A DNA stretch of 64,000 bases from Leptolyngbyaceae cyanobacterium. Lineage in GTDB: Bacteria; Cyanobacteriota; Cyanobacteriia; Phormidesmidales; Phormidesmidaceae. This document shows, one piece after another, positions 51,198-62,207 of this stretch (positions are counted from its first letter, which is position 1; each line of letters opens with the position of its first letter). A model generated the notes under the pieces. It was not told where the DNA came from. It saw only the letters and a program-made list of their open reading frames with translations, and ran no database searches. The stretch spans positions 2,080,001-2,144,000 of the forward strand of contig CBDHHL010000056.1 of assembly GCA_965263355.1 (NCBI GenBank). The letters run 5' to 3'. Position numbers and translations under genes: made by a program.

Positions 51198-52178
51198 TCA
51201 TTTTCTCAAAAACAAGAATGCGTCTACCTCTCGCGGGGTGGGTTGTCCTGCGATCGCACCGGCCCGTGTAGTGGTCAATGCCGCAACAGCGCTAGCGTAG
51301 CGCACGACGTCATGGACACAGTCAGCATCTAACAAACAGGTCCGCCCAAGGGTGCATAGCTGATGGAGAAATCCAGCAACAAAGGCATCTCCTGCCCCCG
51401 TCGTATCTTCCACATCGACATCAAACCCTGGGACATGACCACTATACCCACCCAGATAGTAGCGACAGCCAGCGGCTCCCGCCGTCACCATCACCCCTTC
51501 TAAATAGGGCCGTTGGGCTGCGATCTCAACCGGATCGGTCGTATCCAACAACCACTGAGCCTCCGTATCCGACAGCTTCAGAAACGAAACATACTTAAGT
51601 AAATCCATCACCAGCCCCATCGCCTGGGCCGGATTTTCCCAAAACATAGGCCGCCAGTTAACGTCTAAAACCACCCGACCATTTTGTTCTTGTATCCAAT
51701 TCACCGCCTGTAGCATCGACTCGCGGGTTTCAGGATAGGCCAGCCCTAAGGTGCCGAGGACTAGATATTTGGAGCCCTTGAATAGGTAAGGATCGATGCG
51801 ATCGCAAATCAGATGAGCATCCGCAAAACCAGCTGGGTCCGGTAACGAAAACCCAGCAAACGAACGTTCGCCCATATCATCTGTTAGAACATAAACCTCA
51901 CGGGTAGGAGCCGTTGGATGACGCTGTAAACCACGAGAACCTACCCGTAAATCGGATAATAGTTGCCCTAGGGCCTGCCCCCAAGCATCCACACCCACAG
52001 AACCGATAAATTCTGCCGATGTTCCCAACTTTGCTAGACCACAGGCCACATTCGCTGGAGCACCACCTGGTAACGACATCTTCTTTTGCCGATCTCCCAA
52101 CCAAAAGCTATCAACCAGAATTTCTCCCAGACACACCACTGGACTCACCGGATTATCCATCCTCGCCTCTGGCCCCAT
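51198..52178 (-). CDS. PfkB family carbohydrate kinase
   Basis: GGAPANVA, DVNWR, DTTGAGDAF. Confidence 0.92.
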   Translation of the reverse strand: MGPEARMDNPVSPVVCLGEILVDSFWLGDRQKKMSLPGGAPANVACGLAKLGTSAEFIGSVGVDAWGQALGQLLSDLRVGSRGLQRHPTAPTREVYVLTDDMGERSFAGFSLPDPAGFADAHLICDRIDPYLFKGSKYLVLGTLGLAYPETRESMLQAVNWIQEQNGRVVLDVNWRPMFWENPAQAMGLVMDLLKYVSFLKLSDTEAQWLLDTTDPVEIAAQRPYLEGVMVTAGAAGCRYYLGGYSGHVPGFDVDVEDTTGAGDAFVAGFLHQLCTLGRTCLLDADCVHDVVRYASAVAALTTTRAGAIAGQPTPREVDAFLFLRK

Positions 52179-52322
52179 TGTTGCGACATACTTTGACAGC
52201 CCTAAATAGATAGAACTCTCAGCCGAAAGTATAGGGTACTAAACGATTTTCCAAAGCCTCTGCTTAAAGAATTATTCTCTTTTTTCAATTCGCAACCTTG
52301 GTTGGCCCTGCCTACCCTACGC

Positions 52323-53294
52323 CTAATACAATCGGCTTAAAACATAGTTCGACAAGGCTTCCAACGCACGCTTTGGTTCCGATTGAGGTAATTCAGCCAA
52401 ATTCTCAATCGCCTGCTTTACATGCTGTGACGCCAGTTCTCGCGAGCGTTCAATGCCACGACTTGCTTTTACTAATGCCATCGCCTCATCAAAATCACCA
52501 CTTTGGGCAAACTCCCGTTCAATCAACGTTGCCAAGTAAGGGGTTTCCTCCATGGCATACAACACGGGTGCGGTCAGATTGCCACTGAGCAAATCAGAAC
52601 CTGCAGGCTTACCCAGCACCTCTTCAGAACCAGTGAAGTCAAGAATGTCATCCACAACCTGAAACGCTAGCCCCAGATTACGTCCATATTGGTAAAGCGC
52701 TTCTGTAAGCCGATCAGATGATTGGCTCAAAACACCCACAGACTTGCAACTATTAGCAATCAGCGAAGCCGTCTTGTAGTAGCTCTTCATCAGATAAGCG
52801 TCCGTCGACAAGGTCGTATCAAACCGATTTAAGCCTTGTTGAATTTCCCCCTCTGCCAAATCCATAATGACGCGGGAGAGCAGTTTAACGACCGTCAAAT
52901 TGTCTAAATTAGCTAGATGCCACGATGATTGGGCAAATAAGAAGTCACCGGCCAGAACAGCTACACGATTATTAAAACTGCTATGAACCGTAGGCACACC
53001 GCGCCTGAGTGATGACTCATCCACCACATCATCATGGACAAGACTGGCCGTATGAATCATCTCAGTAATTTCGGCTAGACGAAGATGTCGAGCAGGAATT
53101 TCTGCCTCCATTACCGTAGCGCGTGATAACAGCAGGACAATCGCAGGCCGAATGCGCTTCCCTCCAGCCCCAAACAAATGCTCTGCTGCAGCATAGAGAA
53201 TAGGATGCCGAGCACCGACCAGCTGCTTTAAATTATCCGTCAGTAGCCTCAGATCGGCTTCGACGGGTGCAAACAGCGATGTTGTTGAAGTCAT
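52323..53294 (-). CDS. sds: Solanesyl diphosphate synthase
   Basis: GGKRIRP, HDDVVD, FQVVDDILD. Confidence 0.92.
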   Translation of the reverse strand: MTSTTSLFAPVEADLRLLTDNLKQLVGARHPILYAAAEHLFGAGGKRIRPAIVLLLSRATVMEAEIPARHLRLAEITEMIHTASLVHDDVVDESSLRRGVPTVHSSFNNRVAVLAGDFLFAQSSWHLANLDNLTVVKLLSRVIMDLAEGEIQQGLNRFDTTLSTDAYLMKSYYKTASLIANSCKSVGVLSQSSDRLTEALYQYGRNLGLAFQVVDDILDFTGSEEVLGKPAGSDLLSGNLTAPVLYAMEETPYLATLIEREFAQSGDFDEAMALVKASRGIERSRELASQHVKQAIENLAELPQSEPKRALEALSNYVLSRLY

Positions 53295-53996
53295 GGGAGA
53301 AAATGCTCAGACAGCTAGATTACGAAATTTTAAGCAATCCATCTTCATTCTAAGCTAACGACTCAGTTGGTGTCGTGAATCCCATAAGAATCCCCATAGA
53401 ATATTTTGTAATGCCTTTTATCCAAGCACTTTGAAGCCCCTAAAGGCCGTAGATTCATAAAGAGCACAATCTGGCTAGCAATGATTAGATATTTCTATTT
53501 CATTTTTTTAATTGTGACCATGTAAATAACAAATGCTTATGTTAATCTAATAATAGGAATTGGAAAAATTTCATAAGCAAGCTTGATGATTGGTGTTTGA
53601 TAACCTTCCCTGGAATCTTTAATGATTACTAGTGTTACTAGGGTTGTTCGCCAATGTGTTGCAACTGCCTCAGATATTGATAATTGATATTTTTGGCAGG
53701 CCAATGTCTGAAAATTATGGTAACTATCTGACTAGGCCTTATGGCTGAATCAGCATAGTAAGCTCTCAAGCAGACAACTTGGTTAGTAGCTTTATCGGTG
53801 CATGTACGCGCTAAAGTGCGTATGGAGTGACGAGCGATACTGCAACACTCGTAGTGCTGGGTAATTCTGGTATTAAGGTTTTTTGATTATTGAGCATTCT
53901 AGCTATATTGAGCCAGCCAAGTGCTGCCATTTCCTGCTGCCTGCTTCTTTAAGTGTGCGGATTACCCTTGTTGCTCCTCTAACTCCAGCTACGTCA

Positions 53997-54119
53997 ATGA
54001 CTCACCCATTTACCCCCCTGCTCATGCTGCTACTCGCTATCAGTTATCTACTGATGGTCTACTTTGCGTTCACGGTTATTCAACGGTTTGTCAATAGCCG
54101 AAAGCAAATGTTGAAATAA
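53997..54119 (+). CDS. Possible 40-aa single-TM protein
   Basis: MTHPFTPLLMLLLAISYLLMVYFAFTVIQRFVNSRKQMLK: hydrophobic helix and basic tail. Confidence 0.4.
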   Translation: MTHPFTPLLMLLLAISYLLMVYFAFTVIQRFVNSRKQMLK

Positions 54120-54462
54120 CGATGACAGATGATTTCTAACGGCTCTTTTGAGTCGTCTGAATCGCTGCTATTTTCAGCAGTTGCATACGCTTATAAATTC
54201 TTTCCTCAATATATATTTATTATTCTCGCACAGCGGCTGAGTTACTTAGTAATTCAGCTGTTCTTTTTTAGAATTCATCCATTGACCGCCACAGCATCAC
54301 ATTATTTTTTGCTTTTCCAACTTCTTTTTCCCACTAGACTTTTTGGCTTGCTGATTTATTCAAGCTCTAGAGACTCAGACAACTTGAGCCAAGTATGTAT
54401 TCCCGAAAACAACTTAGGGAGTTAGCATAGACAGAAGTTTTGAACAGTAGGCAATCAGAAAT

Positions 54463-55764
54463 TTGAGTTCAGCCCCTGACGGTTTTGCCTCCAATATTTC
54501 CAATAGCGGCAAGCCCAACGTTCCATTTCCTGCCACCGTTGTCCGATTAGATAATGGCTTAACCGTGATTCATCAGGAAATTACGACTACCCCTGTCGTT
54601 GTCGTAGACGTTTGGATTAAGGCGGGTGCCCGCTACGAACCCAATCATTGGAATGGCATGGCTCATTTTTTAGAGCATATGGTGTTTAAGGGGACTGAGC
54701 AGATCCTGCCAGGCATGTTTGATGCCGCTATTGAGAATCGAGGTGGTCTGACAAACGCAGCCACCAGCCATGACTATGCTCATTTTTATATGACTATAGC
54801 TGCTGATGATTTGGCCGATGCGCTACCTTATCTCGCGGCGCTCTTACTACATGCAGCGATCCCCGCAGATGAGTTTGTACGAGAACGTCATGTGGTCGTT
54901 GAAGAGATTCATCAGTCATGGGATGACCCTGACTGGATTGGGTTTCAGACACTTGCAGAAATGATCTACGACGATCATCCTTACGGACGATCAGTTTTAG
55001 GATCTCCCGAAAGTTTACAGGAGCGTTCCCCCGAAGAAATGCGCCAATTCCATCGCACTTACTATCAACCCGAAAATATGCAAGTGGTGATCACAGGTGG
55101 CGTCTCCCTGGATCGAGTTCTAGAACTCGTACAGACAAATTTTCGGGCATTTGCCCAGCGGGCCTCTTGTGCCAACATCGAGCTAAACTCTTGTCCTCGC
55201 TTGCTGACTAACCCTCGCCAAGCAATCAAACTGCCTCGCTTAGAACATGGGCGTTTGCTCATGGCTTGGTTGGGCCCTGGTATCGGTGACCTAAAAACAG
55301 CCTGTGGGCTAGATATTTTAGCAACATTACTCGCTGAAGGGCGAATGTCACGGCTAGTGAGAGAACTCCGCGAAGATCGTCAATGGGTCGATGAAATCGC
55401 CAGTAGTTTTTCGGTACAGCAGGACTGCAGTCTATTTGTTTTATCAACTTGGTTAGCGCCAAGTCATATAAAAGAAGTAGAACAAATAATTTGCGATCGC
55501 ATCGCGTCCCTAGCCACCATACCGGTGACCAAGCTAGAGTTAGAGCGTGCTCAGCGGTTATTATGCAACGATTATGCCTTTTCCATGGAAACCCCAGGCC
55601 AGCTTGCCGGGCTATACGGGTATTATGGAACTTTGGCCACACCGGAGCTTTCCCTGGTATATCCCAACTACGTTAGCGCATACTCTGCGGAGCAACTCTT
55701 GCCGCTGGCAGAGCAATACCTCTCACCTAGCCATTGCGGTAGCCTAGCCCTCACTCCTGCCTAG
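54463..55764 (+). CDS. M16 family zinc peptidase, active subunit
   Basis: HFLEH (HxxEH), NAATS. Confidence 0.92.
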   Translation: MSSAPDGFASNISNSGKPNVPFPATVVRLDNGLTVIHQEITTTPVVVVDVWIKAGARYEPNHWNGMAHFLEHMVFKGTEQILPGMFDAAIENRGGLTNAATSHDYAHFYMTIAADDLADALPYLAALLLHAAIPADEFVRERHVVVEEIHQSWDDPDWIGFQTLAEMIYDDHPYGRSVLGSPESLQERSPEEMRQFHRTYYQPENMQVVITGGVSLDRVLELVQTNFRAFAQRASCANIELNSCPRLLTNPRQAIKLPRLEHGRLLMAWLGPGIGDLKTACGLDILATLLAEGRMSRLVRELREDRQWVDEIASSFSVQQDCSLFVLSTWLAPSHIKEVEQIICDRIASLATIPVTKLELERAQRLLCNDYAFSMETPGQLAGLYGYYGTLATPELSLVYPNYVSAYSAEQLLPLAEQYLSPSHCGSLALTPA

Positions 55765-55816
55765 TGTCTGTCAATTTTCTGACAGCCTTAACGAATAACT
55801 CTCAACCAAGACGCCT

Positions 55817-57088
55817 GTGACTGTATCCACTGCCCCAAAGCAAAATTCCATTACAACCCGTCTAGGCAACGGCCTGAAGGTTATCGCTATTGAAAATCCA
55901 GTCGCTGACATCGTCTCAGCACGAATGTTTTTGCCCGTTGGGCAAGGCCATGAGACACCGGAAAACGCCGGTATCTTCAGCCTACTCACATCGCTGCTGA
56001 CTCGAGGTACAGCTCACCGTAGTTCCTTAGAAATTGCTGAAGCTGTTGAGTATGTAGGTGCCAGTCTAGGAGCAGATAGCGCATCAGATTACAGCTTGGT
56101 CAGTGTCAAAACCGTCTCTGCCGACTTTGAGAAAATTTTCACCCTGGCTACCGAGATTTTGAGAGAACCCAGCTTTCCTGAAAATGAGATTGAGCTGGAA
56201 CGAAAGCTCACAATTCAAGGGTTGCGGTCGATGCAAGAACAGCCCTTTAGCGTGGCCTATAAATATTTTCGCGAAGGTATGTATGGCAGCCATCCCTATG
56301 GTTTTTCCAGCATGGGTACCGAAAAAACAGTCATGGCCATACAGCGAGATGATTTATTAGCAGCCCACAGCAAGCATTTCCGCCCCGATAATATGGTGGT
56401 AGTCATTGTTGGTCGCATTGATCCCGAGAGAGCAATTGCGTTAGTTGATAAACTTCTGGGTGACTGGACTGTGCCCAACTACCCAGCGCCTGAACCGCGA
56501 CTACCCGCCTTAGAATCCCATGCCTATCGCGTCGTTACCCCCCAGGAAACCAACCAAGCGTTTGTAATTATTGGCTATCTAGCCGCCTCGGTAAAGCACC
56601 CAGATTTTGCTGCCTTAAAGCTACTCAGCACTCACTTGGGTAATGGCCTATCGAGTCGTCTATTTGTTGAACTGCGGGAAAAACAAGGCCTTGCCTACGA
56701 TGTCTCAGCATTTTATCCCACACGCTTAGGGCCATCGCAATTTGTTAGCTACATTGGCACCGCCCCAGAAAATACGTCAGTCGCCTTGGATGGTCTACAC
56801 AGTGAACTACGACGTTTATGCGAATTGCCTTTAACTGAGCATGAACTGCAAGTTGCTAAAAACAAAATGTTAGGACAATATGCCCTTGGCAAACAGACTA
56901 ACGGACAGATTGCGCAGCTGTTGGGTTGGTATGAGATTTTGGGTTTAGGGACTGAGTTTGATCAGCAGTTTCAGGCAGATATTGCTGCTGTCACGATTGA
57001 CGCAGCCCAGGAGGCCGCAAAGCGTTGTTTTGTGGATTCCTATATTTCAATTTTGGGTCCGGCTACAGCAGTGGAAGCCTTGCGGTAA
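55817..57088 (+). CDS. M16 family peptidase, non-catalytic partner
   Basis: No HxxEH; SSRLFVELREKQGLAY. Confidence 0.9.
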   Translation: MTVSTAPKQNSITTRLGNGLKVIAIENPVADIVSARMFLPVGQGHETPENAGIFSLLTSLLTRGTAHRSSLEIAEAVEYVGASLGADSASDYSLVSVKTVSADFEKIFTLATEILREPSFPENEIELERKLTIQGLRSMQEQPFSVAYKYFREGMYGSHPYGFSSMGTEKTVMAIQRDDLLAAHSKHFRPDNMVVVIVGRIDPERAIALVDKLLGDWTVPNYPAPEPRLPALESHAYRVVTPQETNQAFVIIGYLAASVKHPDFAALKLLSTHLGNGLSSRLFVELREKQGLAYDVSAFYPTRLGPSQFVSYIGTAPENTSVALDGLHSELRRLCELPLTEHELQVAKNKMLGQYALGKQTNGQIAQLLGWYEILGLGTEFDQQFQADIAAVTIDAAQEAAKRCFVDSYISILGPATAVEALR

Positions 57089-57259
57089 AGCAAAATAACT
57101 GAGTATCTATCTAAAATCCTGATAGCCAGCATCTCAGACAATCAGCCTTGGCTTGAGAGTTTGTTGGTATTGCTAACGCAGGCTATCTGCTCATCAGACT
57201 CATGATTATAATGCCAGGTCAGGGCACTTAAAATAAGGGTCGCTATGCGGTCGGTGTGT

Positions 57260-57495
57260 CTCCTAGCTTGAGTCATCGTTTAACAGCCAATGGATTGCAG
57301 TCGAAGGCAGCTTGATAGAAACGATTAGTGCCGCGTTGGGTGGCATTGATATTGGCTCCATAATGGATAAGGAGTTGGAGCGATCGCAAGATATCCGCTT
57401 CCTCTTGCTCGTTTTCTGTTTCAAACCCAAGCATCTCTTGAAACGGATCCCATCCCTGTTTTCTGATGACCGTAATATCTGCACCAGCGGCCCTC
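57260..57495 (-). pseudogene. Ankyrin-repeat gene remnant
   Basis: Hand translation AAGADIT...LQLLIHYGANINA...YQAAFDCNPLAVKR*LKLG; no intact start, internal stop. Confidence 0.55.
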
Positions 57496-57539
57496 TTGAT
57501 AGGGCTTTTATACTAGAAACAGTATCGTCAAGTTAGCTC

Positions 57540-57677
57540 ATGCCTTCGCCATTTCCTGGAATGGCCCCCTCCATCGAGCAGGCTGCCTATTGGGCTTCGT
57601 TCCATAGCCGGTTGATTGTGGCTTTAGCGAATGCGATTGAGGCTAGACTCAGCCAGCAAATTGACCTACGTGGTTAA
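57540..57677 (+). pseudogene. DUF4058 family 5' remnant
   Basis: MPSPFPGMAPSIEQAAYWASFHSRLIVALANAI, stopping after 45 aa. Confidence 0.7.
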
Positions 57678-57840
57678 CACCACTAACTAACTCAAGAAAA
57701 TGACTGAGGCTAAAGAGTGGCAAGCTAGCAAATTTTAACTTCACTAAGAATAGACGTTTGGAAGAGAAAACTGACAACGTGTTGAAAGTACGCTGTCAGT
57801 CTTCATCTCAGACTCTAACTTTTAGATCCATCAGCTCTCA

Positions 57841-59520
57841 TTAAATCTGCACTGCATTACCGCTCATGCCTTGGAACTTAAACTGTCCGACCTCTTCACG
57901 GTATGTGGTCTTGACATCGCGCAGCATGCTAATCGCTAGTTTTTCACCCAGCAAATTACCACCCGTCTCAATCCCCATCTCCGGTCCAAAGGCAGTTCCA
58001 TCGGTGCGCCAATGCATACCAGCGCCATCACGAAATAGCGTAATATTCGCAATCAGCTTATTTAGCTCACCATGGATAGTCAGTTTTGTCCCCTGCAAGT
58101 CTTTTAGACCCTGACCGCTATCAGTGGGCACTTGTGGGCAAGGAAACTCACCATCAGCAAAAAAGGCCTTAGCCACCGTTGCCGCCGCTGCAATAAAGAC
58201 AGAGTGACCACCAGGATAAGCGGGGTGAGTAGGAGACCCCTCAGGGAAAGCCATCGGCAACAACCAGGTACCATCTTGATCACCACGCTTTTGAGCCAGG
58301 TTTTGCTGCTTATTGTGCTCAAAAATATAGTCAAGCACCGCTGTCTGCCGCCAAACATGCGCACCCTTACCAAACAAAGAAATAAATTTCTCATCATCGA
58401 ATGGGTTGTTTGGAGAATTCCCCAAAACACCACGCCGGAATAGCTCCAGACGCTGCGCATAGACTTCTGGTCGCAACTGGCGATGTACACACCATTTTTG
58501 GAACCAGGCATGCTTAAGACCATAAACACCGGCTAAACCAGCCTGAATGGTAATATCTGGACCACCCAAGCTACCAAATGCTTCAGCAGTTTCAATTGCT
58601 CCGCTAACATAGGGACTTGCCTGAGAAATAGCTGCCCCCAGTCCCAGAAGCATAATGGTGGACCAAAGACCCGACTGATGGGGAAAGTCAATATGTACCC
58701 ACTGCCCAGCATCACGCAATGTGGTGATATAGCGCTCACCTTCAAGAATATCGGTACCCGTGGGGTCAATATCGCCATTATTAACCCGTTGCCAGGTATC
58801 TAGATCGGTCATGTAATCTAGACATGGCTTAGGATAACGCTGCAGCTAACGAATCGGCTGATTACCAAAGTCAAAATCTTGCAACAGAAACTGTGACACG
58901 TGGGGACCCACATCACACCCTTCGTAAGGACCGCGGAAAATAGTATCCGGTGTGCAAACAAAGCCAAACTCCTGCTCAAACCCCAGGTTATTAAGGTCTT
59001 TACAAGCGGTTGCGATCAGCCCATTCGTGGCATATTCATCAAAGGGAATATCACGACATAGGGCCATCCAGTAGCGCTCGACCATATCAACTGCCGTATT
59101 ACGACTCGCAAATTTAGGAGCCACTGCCATGCGAGCACCATTGGAGTCATTACCAATCAGCTGAAAAGAATAGGTATTGAGAGGGTTAGCCAGCAAGCGG
59201 TTACCGCCACCAAGCTGCACATCATTAAATGCCTCTTGAGTATCTTCATCAATGGCCCGCAATAACGAATCAAACGATGACGGTTTTACAAACCCTTTGG
59301 CATCATGCTTCAGAGCTTTTGTAAACGATGCAAATCCAGGAAAGCCAATCTTTTCAAATCGTTCTTCGTCGCCATTGATTGGAGGAACAGCAACAACAAA
59401 ATCATCGGCTGCACTAGCCCGAACTTTTCGACGAATTTCATTGGCTGCCCGCCGACGCATTCTAAAATCTCTCCGATCTTTAGGATCTGATTCCTGCGGA
59501 ATTGGTGAATTACCTTTCAT
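57841..59520 (-). pseudogene. Vanadium-dependent haloperoxidase interrupted by in-frame TAG at 58846-58848
   Basis: Both ORFs share one frame (QPIR*LQRYPKPCLDYMTD); YWMALCRDIPF, AWFQKWCVHRQLRPE, HPAYPGGH, RDGAGMHW. Confidence 0.85.
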
Positions 59521-59822
59521 TCAATTTTCCCTCGAAGACTTTCATTAAGTGAGCTATACAAGACCTTTGACTTACCATCCATCATCAAAAGCAAGCCAAA
59601 GAAAAACAGAAAACAAAGCGCCTATTGCTACAAGCTTTGAAGATATTAGAATCAAGTATTGCGGATACAAAGAGGAGTAGATTTTGTAGCCTTAATCTGT
59701 TCTATAAAGTGAGTAATTTTCCTAACAGATCTGTGACCCAATAAAGTTGACCTTGAATTATTTCAATTATGGAATTAAGCTTTCTTGATTTAACAGTACA
59801 CTTTTGGGTACTTAATAAGTCC

Positions 59823-60131
59823 TTAGATGGTATTCATCGCAGTCAAGTCCTTGGCCTGGGCAGAATAATGAGTCTCTTCCAATAACAGATCAACAACATA
59901 TCCTTCCCTGTAGCAAACAACAATATCATCAGCATTTGCAACATCTCTTGCAGTAGTCGATTGAGCGGACAACAAAAAAATCACATACATCACATTAGCT
60001 TCTGCGGCATAGGACATCCAAAAAGATCTCTTCTTCAAATCCTTAATTGAGTGAGCTAATTGTAGAAAACTGTCAGCTTGACATTGTTTCATAGCCAAAA
60101 TAGTTCTTTCCCACTCAAATAGCTGCACCAT
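59823..60131 (-). CDS. Hypothetical protein, weakly DUF2283-like, possibly degenerate
   Basis: WMSYAAEANVMYVIF and DDIVVCY resemble the YD.EADVLYI.F pattern. Confidence 0.35.
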   Translation of the reverse strand: MVQLFEWERTILAMKQCQADSFLQLAHSIKDLKKRSFWMSYAAEANVMYVIFLLSAQSTTARDVANADDIVVCYREGYVVDLLLEETHYSAQAKDLTAMNTI

Positions 60132-60197
60132 GGAAAAGCATAATACGTAATACTTTATCTACACAGAAAACATCAAACCCTTACCGCCTTGCATCCC

Positions 60198-61097
60198 ATG
60201 ACTGACTCCCCATCTACCCAAACCCAATTCTGGACCTGGCAAGGCTTCCCTATCCGTTACCAAACTGCAGGCACGCAAGGTCCCCCCCTACTCCTAATCC
60301 ATGGTTTCGGAGCCCACAGCGACCACTGGCGCAAAAACCTACCTGACCTCGGCCAAACCCATCGAGTCTACGCCATCGACCTCATCGGCTACGGCCAGTC
60401 CGCTAAACCCACCCCTGGCAAACCCATTAACTACACCTTCGAAACCTGGGGCCAACAAATTATCGACTTTTGCCAAGAAATCATTGGAGAACCCACCTTC
60501 CTCGTTGGCAACTCCATCGGTTGCATTGTCGCCATGCAAGCCGCCACCATGGCACCAGACCAAGTCAATGGCCTTGTTATCCTTGACTGTTCTTTACGTC
60601 TGCTCCACGATCGCAAACGAGCGACCCTCCCCTGGTACCGCAGCGCACCCACCCCCCTCATTCAGGCCATCCTCAACTACAAACCTGTTGGCAAATTCTT
60701 CTTCTCTCGCCTAGCCAAACCCAACACACTCAAAAATATCCTGCGACAGGCCTACGGTCGCAAAGAAGCTGTCACCGACGAACTCATCGAACTCCTACTT
60801 GCCCCAGCCTGTGATCCAAATGCAGTTGATGTATTTGTCGCCTTTATCAGCTATTCCCAAGGACCACTCCCGGAAGATCTTTTACCCCAACTCACCTGTC
60901 CAGTACTAATGCTGTGGGGCGAAGCCGACCCATGGGAACCCATTGAGCTAGGTCGGGAACTCAGTAGGTATAACATCGTCGAACAATTCATACCACTCGC
61001 AGGAGTGGGCCACTGCCCCCAGGATGAAGCACCCGAACTGGTCAATCCATTGATTAGCGAGTGGGTGTACAGGATGGCGGCAACCAGCTTAGTTTAA
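60198..61097 (+). CDS. Alpha/beta fold hydrolase
   Basis: IHGFGA, DLIGYGQS, GNSIG, GHCPQDE. Confidence 0.93.
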   Translation: MTDSPSTQTQFWTWQGFPIRYQTAGTQGPPLLLIHGFGAHSDHWRKNLPDLGQTHRVYAIDLIGYGQSAKPTPGKPINYTFETWGQQIIDFCQEIIGEPTFLVGNSIGCIVAMQAATMAPDQVNGLVILDCSLRLLHDRKRATLPWYRSAPTPLIQAILNYKPVGKFFFSRLAKPNTLKNILRQAYGRKEAVTDELIELLLAPACDPNAVDVFVAFISYSQGPLPEDLLPQLTCPVLMLWGEADPWEPIELGRELSRYNIVEQFIPLAGVGHCPQDEAPELVNPLISEWVYRMAATSLV

Positions 61098-61196
61098 TGC
61101 AATTTAGCTGAGCCGCCTCCGCCTTGTAAACAGCAGGCGTGTCTAACGCCTCTTTTAGGCGTCTAACGCTCCTCCGCTTTCACATCTAAATTAGAC

Positions 61197-62207
61197 AAAA
61201 AAGTACCCTGGAAACACAAAAGTGGATCACAGGGTAGGGGCAACAGTTAAACGCTTGTGCTATTCATAGCCTCGCCTAAGAAAACGGTTAAACGCCTCAT
61301 TGTGTGTCGGTTTTTAGAGTGTCCATAATGCCATCCATAGACTTGCTTCCAGGGAGGGCATATGCGTTACATGGACATTTTTTCTTACTCTCAACAACAG
61401 TCCGTTTTAGCGCATACACTACAGCGTCATACAATATTGCACTGATGCATATCGTTAGTACAGCCCAATAGCTACTCACATTCAATAAAAAAGTACCTCG
61501 CGAACGCAGAGTTCACGAGGTCAGGGCAACAGTTAAACGCTTGTACTGTTATTAGGATTGCCTCAAAGAAAATCTACGCAGTTGGCCCTATGCCATTTCC
61601 TGTAGTGTCCATAATTTATTTACAGCCAAGGGGTTAGCCAAGTGAGCCATGTTACGCTTATGGTGCATCTACCACTGACGATTCGCCAATTTAAAGGTTG
61701 TACACAATCACTGTATAATTCCTGTTTAGTTGACGCGAATCGTCTCAAAAATTCGACCAATTCCCTTTAAATGAAAATATCCTTACAAATCTAAGCAAGC
61801 TCTTAGTAAGTCTCAGCCTTAATTGATAGTAAGGACAACAGTTAAACACTTGTGATTGAATATCACCGCCTAACTTTGAATAAAAAAATACCCCGCGAAC
61901 GTACAGTTCACGAGGTAGGGGCAACAGTTAAACGCTTGTGCTATTCGTAGAATCGCTCAAAAAACTTATTAAATACTATTTTTTGTGACGCTTTCTAGAA
62001 CGTCCATAGGTTTATCGGGTTGAGAATTACGACTATAAAAAGTTGGCGCGTTCACATCTACACTTAATGACCTTTAAATAAAAAAGTACCCCGCGAACGT
62101 ACAGTTCACGAGGTAGGGGCAACAGTTAAACGCTTGTGCTATTCGTAGAATCGCTCAAAAAAGGTCGTACGCCATTTGGCGTATGCCGATTCTTAGATCG
62201 TCCATAA
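61197..62207 (-). ncRNA. Tandem array of putative small RNA genes (4 full units and 1 partial)
   Basis: Core GGGCAACAGTTAAACGCTTGT on + at 61238, 61524, 61919 and 62117, variant at 61833; minus-strand terminator hairpins with T runs; GTCCATA 83 nt from each full core. Confidence 0.7.

Noticed and set aside
58846..58848. Pyrrolysine or programmed readthrough
   Set aside because: No pyl genes or recoding signal visible; a point mutation or sequencing error is simpler
61297..61485. 62-aa ORF and MD-starting micro-ORFs in the array
   Set aside because: Peptides are not conserved between units beyond the ATGGAC motif
61197..62207. CRISPR array
   Set aside because: Unit spacing is irregular and long (about 200-400 nt between full units), units end in terminators, and there are no cas genes in the window
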